Source of the DNA: Coniocarpon cinnabarinum
Lineage: Eukaryota
DNA: 64,000 nucleotides
Direction: 5' to 3'
Assembly (NCBI GenBank): GCA_051942205.1
Contig: JAVECO010000033.1
Span: forward strand, 1 to 64,000
The translations under genes were made by a program, and so were the position numbers. Positions 46,206-59,399 of the stretch are shown one piece after another (positions within the stretch are counted from its first letter, which is position 1; every line of letters starts with the position of its first letter). The notes below the pieces were generated by a model, which made no database searches, was not told the DNA's origin, and saw only the letters and a list, made by a program, of their open reading frames with translations.

Positions 46206-48304
46206 ATGAGTGTGGCCACCGAGGTGCGGAATGCTGATGCTGTCCCCGGCGACGACGATGCTGACTGCAACATACAGCCTCCGTCAGGATTCACCGCAGT
46301 CAACGGGAGAAGCCCCCCCACTTGGTCGGATCGAGCGGGGCATCACCCCAGCCACCCGGCTCCAATGGAAAACAATCTCTTTGCTCATGCACGGCCTGAT
46401 CAACCTTCAAGCTTCCAACCTGACGACAGCGAGAGTCGTAAGCGAAAACGTGACGACGGCGACAGCGGCTCGCCGCACTCCAACACCTCACACAGACAAC
46501 ATGCACCCCCACCACACTCGTCAGCGTCCTCAGAAACATTACCACCCATCACCAGCGCTCAGCCAAATGGTGCTCCCTATGCAACTCAGGAACCCAATGC
46601 GCACCTTTCAAAGCCTCCATACACAAGCTCAAACGCTCCTAGTCAATGGCATCAGCCGCGATCGTCCTTGGACGACAACTCCACAGAGACACGACTCATG
46701 GAGGTCCTTGACAGGAATGGCCCGCAACATCAACCCAATGGCAACTATCAAATACCCCAAGTGAATGGTAACCCTTCACATCCAATGTACAATCAGCCTC
46801 CACCTCACCAGCAGCCGCCGCCGCCACCACCTCCTCCTCACAATGATCAGCAACAACCGCACCCACCACCGCCTCCAGGACAGGAACCTCCTGGTCAGCC
46901 AGGACAAACATTACCGGGCATGACCGCACCAAACATACAAAAGCAACGCAAACGGTACGTTGTAGACATTCGCTATCGGAATCTGCGAAATAGTGCTAAC
47001 ATTCATAGGAATTTTGCAAATCGGACGAAGACTGGCTGTCTGACATGTCGAGAGCGGAAGAAGAAGTGTGACGAAACCAAGCCCATGTGTACGAATTGTC
47101 AACGGGGAGGCTTTGAATGCAAAGGCTATTCGCAAACACACCAGCTCAGAGGCTCAATGCAACCGACACTGGTCCAAAAGCCTGACGGTCCCCCGTTCGC
47201 CGTGCATGGCTCCTCACCTTACACCACAGCACCTTTTCCTCCAAGCACCACAATGTTCTACCCGCAACCGCCCGAGCCACCTGATCACTCACGTCCTCCC
47301 ATGCCAGCTCGTGACGACCCAACGCGCGCTTTCATTGATCCGAATCTTCCACCAAACTACTCTCGAGGCTTCGCAGATCCACATATGTCGCCCTTCGCCA
47401 GCGAGCCAATGCGACCCGAGTTCAATCCAGCCATGACCACAATGCCAGACTTCAGCCGAGACAAGGCAAAGCTGCCGCCACCCAATTCAATGTCCCTGTC
47501 ATCCTCGATTGGCCCCAATGGTGGCTCGTATGCTCGGGGATCGCCGCAAAATATGGCTCAGCTCGCGCTCTCCTCCAACTCCCATATGCGCACTGAGAAA
47601 GAGAAGATGCTGAATCAGCACCCATTCAATCCGGATGATCCCACACTCAAGAAAGATCGTCAACTGTGCGCCAAGTTCGTCTATTTATTCAACAAGGGCT
47701 GCGCTGACCCGGAGAATCTGTCACATCACGAGCAGCTCGTTCGCTTCCGTGCCATACTTGAGGGGCACGAACCTCATTCGACAAGTCCACGGAATGGACC
47801 AGACCTTCGAGCAGGACTCGTTGGGCAGAGCACCGAGATCCAGGCTCCATTTTTCTGTGATTACGGCTTCAATGTCAGAATTGGTGAGAACACGGAAATC
47901 GGCCGGAACTGTACCATGCTCGACGCGTGCACGGTCACGATAGGGCGCAACTGCTACATTGGGCCTGATGTCAAGTTCTACACGCAAACCGCAGACACAA
48001 GAAATGCGCCACCGAAGATGGGCAAGCGGTTGGCTGTGGCGAAGCCTATTGTAGTGGAAGATGATGTTTGGATTGGTGGTGCTTGCATTATATATGGAGG
48101 CGTATCCATTGGGGCCGGAGCATTTGTTGCAGCGGGTTGCGTAGTACAAGACGTAAGTCTCAACTGTTGAGCCCGGGACCCATCAAAGCTCTAGACTCAA
48201 ATACTGACGTCTCGCAGAGTATTCGATGCGGCATCATTGTCCAGCGAAAAGACGACATGCGGCATGCAACGGGTGCATACAGCTACCATAACACTTCAAG
48301 GTAG
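46206..48304 (+). CDS. Zn(II)2Cys6 transcription factor fused to a maltose/galactoside O-acetyltransferase-like (Mac + hexapeptide LbH) domain; introns 46955-47008 and 48153-48217
   Basis: RTKTGCLTCRERKKKCDETKPMCTNCQRGGFECKGY; TEKEKML, APFFCDYGFNVRIG, VTIGRNCYIGPDV, VEDDVWIGG, VSIGAGAFVAAG. Confidence 0.88.
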
Positions 48305-51300
48305 TTCGCATCTCATAAACATCTAGATTTGGGATTGGGTTTCATAGAGGGCTCATTGCCTATTGATTCAGCGGCGTCATTGCAACAAAAGAGGTGGATT
48401 GGGAGACACTTAAAAATTTGGCGCCGCGATTGGGGATGCCCTGGAGATGACTGTACGATTTCATGGAGGACACGAAGAGAGTCAATGCTTCGGGCGGCAC
48501 GTCATGGTTATGGGTCGATGTGCAACGGTTTGCTTTTGTAAGTTATTAGACATGGGGGGACATTCTGCCGCGACACCAGTTGAGTGGTATTTTGAATGCG
48601 CTTTTGCAGATCTTGCAGAGTTTTGAGGATGAGTCTTTTGGCCTATCTCGCAACGCAAACTCTCACGCAATATCATTTCACTCACCGCTCTTCATAACAC
48701 ACATGACCCATTCCCACTTAACAATTTACGCACCCTGTTGGAACACCGCCATTTTCACCACCAGACTATCTGAGACGATACGGCTAAATCCTCTTCTTTC
48801 AGTCTCAGCAATCGATAGAGAAACTGTCAAGTCGAGTGCGTTTCGAAGTATGCCCCAGTCCCGAATGAGTCGACTTATGGAAGGCATACATCACTCGCCC
48901 AAGCAGAGGTCACTCTTACATCATCTACTTACCCGCCCACAAATTACCAAGGTATTGAGGCCACCAAGCTTTTTAGCGCCCTCTAAAAGCTCCTCATTAA
49001 TAGCATTGAATATTCGACATGGTGAAATACATATAAGGTGGATTTCGTGATCGCCAGGCTCACCCAAGATTAGGTAGACACATTCAAGCAAGCTCCTTTC
49101 ATACAGACAATCATTCCAGAATTGTGCATAATAGAGCCTGAGAGTCTTCCGACAGTCTTGCGAGCGTATCAAGTACCTGTGGATCTGCAACGTTCGTGCC
49201 TGATGTGATACCGTAAGACAACTACTGCATGTTGATGTACCTCTCCTTGATTGGTGCTGAACGCCTCGCAAGAACGGTGCTAAGCGCCCAAGACGACATA
49301 GACGCCCTGCCTGCTGGCTCTGCACCTCATCGACTCCTGGAGCGACATGTCAAAGGCAGAGCTCGATGACCCTGCAAACCCTAACTTGCCGGAGGGTAAC
49401 GCCAATTAGCCACCCGACCTGTCTCCCCTGAGCGACTGCTTGTGGCTTCCTGGATGCTGCTCATTGGTTTTTCGCGGTTGATCTTGGCCGTCATCGCCGC
49501 GTTGCCCCTGCCGTCTCGTGTGGGAGCACTGCATGTCTTCAACTCGCTCTTGCTTCCTTGTCCATGTTCGAGTATACATGCAGTTGACGAGTCCTTCATC
49601 TTCAGTGGACTTCGCTCACTCTTGTACACCTATGTGCCTGGCCTCGTCTACGGCGTGTGTTGTTTGAGGGATACTGGTACGGGTTACTGTCTTCCTCAAC
49701 GTAACCATCATGGCGCGCATGGGTGGTGCATGTATTGGATGTCCTACAGGTCATGTGAACTGTGCATTGCGGTGCTGCCTTTCATCAATGCTTCATTGAA
49801 AGCTTTTCGCACAGCAGTGAAGGCCGCAAGGTCATACATAGCTTAGATCTGGATTCTGGCCCTGAGGCTGATGTGCGAGCATGTTCAAAATGATCCCACC
49901 TCTTGCTGGCATTCCAGAATCTTAGCTAGAGGCTTGGTGATGACTAAGACTACCGTTGTTTCTTGAAGAAACTAAAATCATCTTATCGGTCGCTTGTATC
50001 TTGCTTCTGCCACTGCCTCATTCTGCCGGTCTACAATTTTTCGATAGCCGCGTATATTCTATTCGGTAAGAGTTTCGAGTACAGAGTGAGGCTCGAGTGA
50101 AATGGCTTCCAAGATTGAAAAAATAGCAAGAGAATGCGCAGTGGCAGAACCTTTGTCCAAGTAAAGAAAAGCGAGTGAGAGAAAGATTAAGATGCGAAAA
50201 CAGTCTATGAGGTCGACACACAAGAGGAAGGAAGCGCTGCATAATGCGTCTGTCGTGTGGACTCTCACACGTGCAAGCGATTCGTTTCGCAAGCCGAAAT
50301 GTAACTGCGCAAATAAATTTGCGCAGCATTCCAGTTGTCGCATCTCTAAAGACCTCGAAAGAAGCGAGGAAGCTGCGACCGTCGTGTCGGCCGCTCGGAA
50401 AAAAAAAATCATCAGTCAGCGCGAATGCAAGAAAACAAATTGTATGGAGTGAGGAGTATGTTTGCGGTGACAAACAATTTACGAGGCCGAGAATCTAGTT
50501 CATCCAAGAAAAATCTTGTCGCTCCCGTCAATTTGTGATGTCACCAACTCTTCTTTCAGTTCTTACGATCAGAGCACTCTGAGCTTCGGTGTTGCCTTAC
50601 GCGCAACCTTAGGCGCTGCTGTTCACCTGGTTTCCATGCAACCACGAGCCACAACACTAGTGCAAACCAAGTCTCCGAGAGACAATGTTGAACTCCCCAC
50701 AGCTCTGACGACGCTCAGACAGCCGTACGCCGCCATTCCGCACTTGCCTTGCTCCAATGAGAATACAGGACCATGACCATTTCGAAAGCTAAGTGACTCA
50801 TATGCTGCACGATACCAGGCGTCACAAGGTGGAGATGTATTGTTGGCATGCAAGTGTTTAAGACATCAGCCACGAATTCCACACGTGATTTTGTACTGGT
50901 TGTCAGCCTCATCGTCGGCGGTCCGGGGGAGGCTTAGCGCTGCAGTCATTCCCGCTGTAGATCATGAAAACATCATGATATCGTGACTCGCCACTGATCG
51001 GCATGGCTTGTCCATGGTAGAATACACTGTGTCCAATGAGCATGGGACTCGCTCAACGAAATAATTTTCCCAGTGTTTCCAAGCTCCAGTGGAGAAGCCA
51101 TGCGCGATCAAGGTGTTTGCAGCGTCCACCAACATCAAATCAAATTCAGAAAGCCCAGAAAATTCTGCAGGCTGCAGGTAATGCTGTCGCCGTCGTTCCT
51201 ACCAAAAGAAATTCTTTGATCACGTAGAGTTTGATCGGGGGCACAGATTTTGAATGGCTGTGTCGACCTCTTCAGCCTTCTTAGTATATTGGTTAGCGTT

Positions 51301-51637
51301 CTCGTCGTTCCAATGTCGAACGACTCTAAGTTGACTGTGTCGTACCGTCATCTCGACTACCGCCATTGGCTGGCAAAATGACTGGCTACTTCTTCGCTGG
51401 TCCTGACATCCGTGCTTTGCCTGTATTTCCCAACAACACTCTCGTCATGACTGTTAGTAGTCTGTTCGCCTCGTCCATAAAGCTCTTCCACTTCCCGTCC
51501 TGTCAACGGTCTTTTTCTCTTCTCTCCACACTTCGTATACATAGCTTTTGCTCCATTGGACACAGCACGTGTATACTTCACCCACTTCAGAACATCGTAT
51601 TCTTAATCTTTCTCTTCGTTACCACATACTAGCGGAG

Positions 51638-52477
51638 ATGGCGCACGAGCAACCCCCCAGCGCCATTGGGCAAAAACGAAAACAGCCCGACTCACCTCCT
51701 CCACGCCCACGACCCATGGGCCAAAATGCTGCACTGCCTCGACACATGCAGGCAGCTTCATGGCGGCCTTCAAACAGCGCCAATGATCAACAACAATCGA
51801 ACCCAACAGCTTCGTCGATAAGCGGCCTTGAAGCCGCAAAACTAACGCCGGGTATGATCGTCTACCTGTCACCCAGCGTCAGTCACGACAGGAACTCGAT
51901 GATTCACAAGGGAATCAAATCCCATGAGGAGCCCTGGGCTCACTCAGCCATCATTTCGGAGGTCAACTATACCTCCAAGACCGCCAAGGTCTACCTCTTG
52001 ACCTCCTTTTCGGTCAAATCGAATTGTGGCTCTGAGGCACTTATGGATAACTACCCGGCGGCCTCCCCCGGAGCGTGCCACGCACGCCGCAGATACCTCT
52101 TGCTCGCCACTCCTCTCGCCAAGGAGGGCAAATACAGCAACCCAGAGCCAGGTATCCGCGAATTGCAGCTGGACACTACCAATCAGCTGCCCCGTGTCTC
52201 GTACGCCAACGTCCAAAGGACGTACGAGGTCGAATTGAAGCACCTCCAATGGTGCAAAAACATCGCTTGTGGAGGTGGTCTGCTCCCAGCAAGCGCGAGC
52301 CACATAGAATGGGCCGCGCGGGACCACGCACAGCGCGAACGACAGCGCATGCAGAACGGCGGGCGTCCGCAGAATAGCGGCCCCGCTGGCAGCCGGTACA
52401 ACCCCAAAGGAGCCGGCAAGTGCGTAGAGCAGCCACCTCAGGGTGTGCTAAATCGAGTGTCACACCCTGTGGCCTAG
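51638..52477 (+). CDS. Hypothetical protein with a possible PemK/MazF-like fold domain
   Basis: Core LTPGMIVYL...HSAIISEV...KVYLLTSF...YLLL...LQL...SYANVQRTYEVELKHL, flanked by low-complexity segments. Confidence 0.6.
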   Translation: MAHEQPPSAIGQKRKQPDSPPPRPRPMGQNAALPRHMQAASWRPSNSANDQQQSNPTASSISGLEAAKLTPGMIVYLSPSVSHDRNSMIHKGIKSHEEPWAHSAIISEVNYTSKTAKVYLLTSFSVKSNCGSEALMDNYPAASPGACHARRRYLLLATPLAKEGKYSNPEPGIRELQLDTTNQLPRVSYANVQRTYEVELKHLQWCKNIACGGGLLPASASHIEWAARDHAQRERQRMQNGGRPQNSGPAGSRYNPKGAGKCVEQPPQGVLNRVSHPVA

Positions 52478-52810
52478 TCAAAGGCATCACCTCAAAAGCC
52501 TTGCGTGTGCTCACCATCATCATCACCATCATCGCCACGCTGACTAGAGCACCCACAAGACGCGTGCAGAGCACGGCTCGACGGGGGAGGTCCAACAACA
52601 ACGACATTAACAACGACAATTTCAACACGCGGCAACTTCACCACCACGCCGCCGCCATCGAGCAGAATGCCGATGCTCAAAGCATGACTGGCAAGGTTCA
52701 GCTCCCACTCACCAGCTCCACAGCCAACTCGACGCACACACATCTTCCAGTGCTAGGCTGCGAGCACGCGTGCTCATAGAAGCAAATCGCTAGGAGCACA
52801 ACTCACCTTT

Positions 52811-53050
52811 ACAACTTGACCAGGACCGCCTACGAGGCGCTGGCACCTGCTGGATCGACGCGACACATCATCACAGCCACACACCCAACGGCAGTCGCCT
52901 CTAAAGTCGATCAGCAAATTAACTCAAGAAACTCCGGACTGGAGATGAAATGGAGATGGAGATGGAATCGAGGGAGGATCGACAGCAAATGGCAACTGGA
53001 CAACTTGGCCAGGACCGCCTTCGAGGCGCTGGCGTTTGCAGTATCGACAC
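52811..53050 (+). repeat. Imperfect direct repeat of about 50 bp at 189-bp spacing (52811 and 53000)
   Basis: ACAACTTGACCAGGACCGCCTACGAGGCGCTGGC versus ACAACTTGGCCAGGACCGCCTTCGAGGCGCTGGC (2 mismatches in 34 nt), with weaker similarity continuing downstream. Confidence 0.75.
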
Positions 53051-54060
53051 AAATATTCGCCAAACCAACACATGGGCGATCGCTGCATCGGCAAACCGAA
53101 TAGCAACTCAACTCACGCACGGGGACTTACGACATGGGAGGACTCAATGGAGGAGATGATGGCAGGAGAAGAGACATTTAGGAAAAGGTGCAGGTCCTTC
53201 AGCAGGTTTTCCTCACACAGGTTTTCCCTACTGGCGCACACGGTCGACGTGCGGTGAATGCGGGACTTTGGTGAAGCTCGTCAAATGGCTTCCAGGATGG
53301 ATTGCAGCATCAACCAGCAGATCATCATAACAATCAATATCAGCAAAGAAGTAGCAATGAAGTCTGGTATCACGTTAGGGTTGTTTTCGACCCTGACTCA
53401 ATGTCTTTCCCCCTGAGCCATCCCCCCTATTTGCATTGCCTCCTCCGCTATCGCACTGCCGCGGGTCACCTTTCCACTTTGAGTACCCGCCACGCGCTTG
53501 ATCTAAAAGAGATTTCCAGTACGTAAGAGGGGCGGAGATGGCTCCTCTGCTTTCTCCGACGCCTCCCACTTCCGTCGTCCGTGATGCTGCATCTTGCAGT
53601 GTTGTTGCTCCATCTTCCATGCATAAAGCGGCGCACCCGTTAAAATCACCAACTCTTACTCATGCTCAGTGTTGTCTGCCCGCAGAGCGGCGTCAAGCGT
53701 CACGCCGACTCGTCCACGCGTTCTAGCCTCCCGGATTGCGGAGAAAGCTCAATCGCTCCCTCTTATCAATGACCACTCATGCGTAGCCCTTGCCTAAACG
53801 CTATACCGCTCCACGCGCGCTTCACCAACTGCCATGCGTCGTCTTGTCGAAATCTCTGAAGCGTGTGGAGCTTGCCTTTTACCTTCGACGTCATCTTCCG
53901 GCGGTCAAAAACGCGTAAACGAGCTTCAGTGGTCTCTTCCTTTTCTTTTCCCTCTCCTTACGTTCTTTCTTACTGCTTTGAGTGTCTGATCCTGTAGTAC
54001 TGGGGAAACAAAGCGCTAGAGCTCAGCAACAGAACTGACGACAGCGACATTCTCGTCGAC

Positions 54061-55624
<1,564 letters not shown>

Positions 55625-56392
55625 AGGGATGAAGAGATTTGAGATGTGATCTCAGCTCTGTTGCGAGATTGAGTGTGGGAATGTCAGTGGGTGTGAGCAA
55701 GGTAGTATAGAGGTTATAGAATGTGAATATAGACATGGATGGGTCGAGCACGCGGACTCCCTGTTCAGGAGACTGGAGATTGTTGCCCAGCGTCGCTAGG
55801 TCGTGGATACCACCGATCAGTATCTCTGAAAGAAGAGTCAAGACATGAAATAAGAAAGCAAATGTCGTAATGATATTCTCCTTCGACCAAAGCATCGTCA
55901 CGAGTGTCTCGCGATCACAGCATTTCCCCAGCCTACACTCAGGGCTTTGCTTCCAAATGCATAGACCTAGCTGTGCGAGACCTACAAGATAGGCTCGGAA
56001 AAACGAACTGAGAAGTAAACGCTCGATGATATTCTCCTCTCCCAAAACATTGTTAAAAGCTCGATTACAAGCTCGGTACGCCACCAGAACCCACTCACGA
56101 CCTCGTCTGCGCCATTCATTCTCAGCGTTGGGTCATCTCTTCTATCCGTTCTTCCAGCTTTCGAATTTTTCATAAACCAAGCTGATTGGATTGGGAGGTT
56201 GGGCTTGCGAGGCAATAGACGCACAACGGTCTTCGTGATTCGACACTTGATCAGAGCTCCAGCGTCTTCGAATCGACATATTCTCGCAATCATCGCTGAC
56301 TCCTCCTTCATCCTCCTCTTGATCCTCTTTCAACTCTCCTTCCACCACGCCGCCACCATCTTCACTCTCTCAAAAAGTCACACCGGCGCCGC

Positions 56393-57972
56393 TCATAACC
56401 TTGCTCTGGTCTTTGGTTCCCATAATCCCGGCCGCTCCTCTTCCCGGGGTCTTCTCGGCCACCTCACCCATCCCGCCTCATTCTTCGGAACCAACCCCTC
56501 AAGAGCCGCATAATTCACCACACCAGGCCACAGCCCGCCAACACCCGTCGCGCCCACCAGCCTCATACTCGTCGTCATCTCATCCCGCAAAATCTCAATG
56601 AGGTGCTCCACCCCTTCTTGTCCATAGTTAACTGCATACAACGCCGGTCTTCCAATTCCGATTGCTGTTGCACCCAGTGAGAGGAGCTTGACGATGTCGG
56701 AGCCTCTTCTGACGCCGCCATCGATCCAGATTTCCATTTTGGAGAAAATCTGGGGGCAGGTGCGGTGGATTTCGAGGAGTGTGATGACGGATGCTGGTGA
56801 AGTGTCTAGACTTCGACCGCCGTGATTGGAGATGACAATGCCTTGAACTTCATGCTTCAACGCCAACTCAGCATCAGCAGCGCATTGAATCCCTTTAATG
56901 AGCAAGGGCATCTCGGATCCAACGATACTCCGGATCCAGTGGATGTCACTCCACGTTAGTCCCGCATCGATGTAACTCCCCATGATCCGACCCAGGCCCC
57001 CGCCTTGTTTATCATTTCCCGCTTGGGCACCGGACATAGGACTGCTGACCGCATCATCAGCTTTGAGTCGTTCGTCAGCTTCGCGCTTTCCAGGGACGGG
57101 TGCATCAATCGTGATCATGATTGCTTTAAGCCTCGGTCGAAGCGTGAGGAGGTGCTCTAACAACGCTCTCGTTTTGGCACGGTCGGAGTTCACGTATAAC
57201 TGGAAGATGGAGGGATGATTTTCCGGTGTGGCGGAGAGGATGTCGGCGACAGGGAACGAGGCGTTGGTAGAAACGCATTGGATGACGTTTTGATTCGCGC
57301 AGGCGGCGGCGATTGCTTTTTCGCCGTCGGGATGAGCCAGTTTGGCGAGAGCCGCGGGAGACACGAAGAGAGGCATACTGACGTCGTTTCCGAGAATCTT
57401 GGAGTGCGTCGAGACATGCCGGACGTCGCGCATGAGCCGCGGCCTGAAGGTAAGTTTATCAAGATATTTACGGTTGGCGCGAGCAGCGAGACAATCAGTC
57501 GCGGCGCTGGAGTAGAATGCCCATGTTTTGGGCGTCAGCGTGCGAGATGCAATCGCTTCGAAGTCGTGGGCATTAATAACTGTATGCAGGGGCGGCTTGT
57601 CGTTGATAGCGAGTTCGGGTGTTGCTGTCGGTGGTGGTTTGGCCCAATCTTCTGGGAGGTTGGACGTATCGAGGGAGCCGATGTTGGCGGTTAAAGGAAG
57701 GCTTTCGGGGAGGAGCGAGTAATCGTGGATGCTGTTGAAGGAAGTGGAGGCGTCGCGGCCGGCGTGTTGGTGTATTACTTGGGGTATGTGAGTTATCACG
57801 GTAGTCAAGTGGTGGTGGTGTTTTAGTCGTGATGCTTACTGCCTGGTCCTCCCGGGTGTTCGGGTGCGAAAGAGGTGATATCCCATACCTCTTTGTCAAC
57901 GACTATCCAACAGTCATCTGATGAGGCATGATTTCGAATCTCCTCTGCGGAGACTAGGCGATTTGATACCAT
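56393..57972 (-). CDS. Flavocytochrome b2-like FMN-dependent alpha-hydroxy acid dehydrogenase with N-terminal cytochrome b5 domain, 2 exons (57972-57840, 57777-56393)
   Basis: DCWIVVDKEVWDITSFAPEHPGG, FRPRLMRDV, FQLYVN, GKREAD, KGIQ, ISNHGGRSLD, DGGVRRGSD; ends in ARL. Confidence 0.92.
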
Positions 57973-58261
57973 TCTGCTCGGAGAGGATGCTGCGTCGGAT
58001 GCAATCGAAACTCTCGAGTCTAAGATAAGCTTCAAATGGCTGTTGCTTGCACGATCAGTGCCCAGAATACCATCCTTCTGCTCTTCATAACACTTTCTTT
58101 TCCAATGGTGCTCGTTAACAGACATCTCGGCGCACAATGAGCCGACATCGGTGAAGGTTTGAGGCTACGCCACTTGAGGACGGAAGTGGACATATCGGCT
58201 CCGTGATTTGCTCGATCAGCGGCATCGTCCGTCAGCTTCATTGATCGACGCTAAAAGTTCT

Positions 58262-59286
58262 TCACTTTTTGCTTCTTTTGGATCTTCTTGGCCCAGATAC
58301 CGAAGCCTCAGCCTCTTCCGCGATTGTGTCTTCAACTCGCTTGCGCTTCTCTGTTTCTTTGGATTCGTCTGATGCACTTGAATGATGGTCGTCCTGAGGC
58401 ACATTGTCTTGATGGCGCAGCACCCAAGCGGCCTTCTCGAGATCCAGACACGATAACATCAGGCGATGTGATCTCAACGGTTCCTTTCTTGTACACCGTC
58501 GACACTGGCTTCGGACGATGAAATCATGCATCGTCAGATATTCCTCGAGCTTATACTTGAGTGGCATTTTCCAACAAGGATGGGGTCTGATGTCTCTTTC
58601 TAGGGAATCTCCCCACGTTGAACGTGTGATAAAGCAATACTGGGCCAGCTCGTCGGAGAAGAAAGGTAGCGCTCGAGGATCGTAGACAGACAGAATCAAT
58701 GACGCAGTCGCGAATCCTACGCCTGCAAGACCAGTGAGGGTTCTAATAGCCGACGCGAGGCTTGGATCTCTTCGAGGTCCCTTTTGTCCGTAGAAATGGT
58801 AGTCGCTGCTAAGCTCTGTGTCTCCCTGCTCGCGTGAATGTCTATTACACATGCTCACGTCGATGAACGCTTCGGTGGACTTGCTTCGGACCAGATCGTC
58901 TGAATTTCCTTGCACGAGCTCCAGAAGGCGAGGACGAAACTTTCCATGTTTGCTGTCCAGCGGTGTCAGTCTGAATGACAGCAACACGGTTATACATAGC
59001 TCACAGTTTCCACTGCATTAGGGTGATCAGTTCGTCCTTCGTGATGTATCGCTGTTCTTTTGCCAATAAATTAGGACTTTTTCTCGAAGCCACGGCTGCA
59101 GGTCTGTACTGACTCTTAGCGCGCAATGAACAAGGCACACAGGTATATGCGCCGTGCGACTCACATCGTTTCGTAGCGTTGAACGTCAAGCGCATGCATG
59201 TTCTCAGGTACTAGCGTCTTGTACCTGGCAGCCAACACGCTCACCTCAACAGTGCTAATTGTGTCGAGGCACTCGTAGTAATGCAT
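58262..59286 (-). CDS. Amun-like protein (putative HhH DNA-glycosylase-like fold), 3 exons
   Basis: LDVQRYETIP, YITKDELITLMQWKL|KHGKFRPRLLELV, LTGLAGVGFATASLILSV...LPFFSDE, LEKAAW; basic C-terminus. Confidence 0.7.
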
Positions 59287-59379
59287 CGTGATCCACAGCC
59301 TCCAATGGCACGAGGGTGGAAATCACGCAGAAATATCATGATCATTCAGGAGCAATTCTGTGGAGTCTTGACCATCGGT

Positions 59380-59399
59380 ATCATGTGACGTCACGTGAT
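59380..59399. promoter_or_regulatory. 20-bp near-palindrome: CRE core TGACGTCA flanked by overlapping E-boxes
   Basis: ATCATGTGACGTCACGTGAT, about 95 bp upstream of the Amun-like ATG. Confidence 0.4.

Noticed and set aside
48580..51300. Many 60-156 aa ORFs, including a Lys/Arg-rich frame at about 50100-50450
   Set aside because: No coherent gene model, domain, or transposase/RT motif could be identified.
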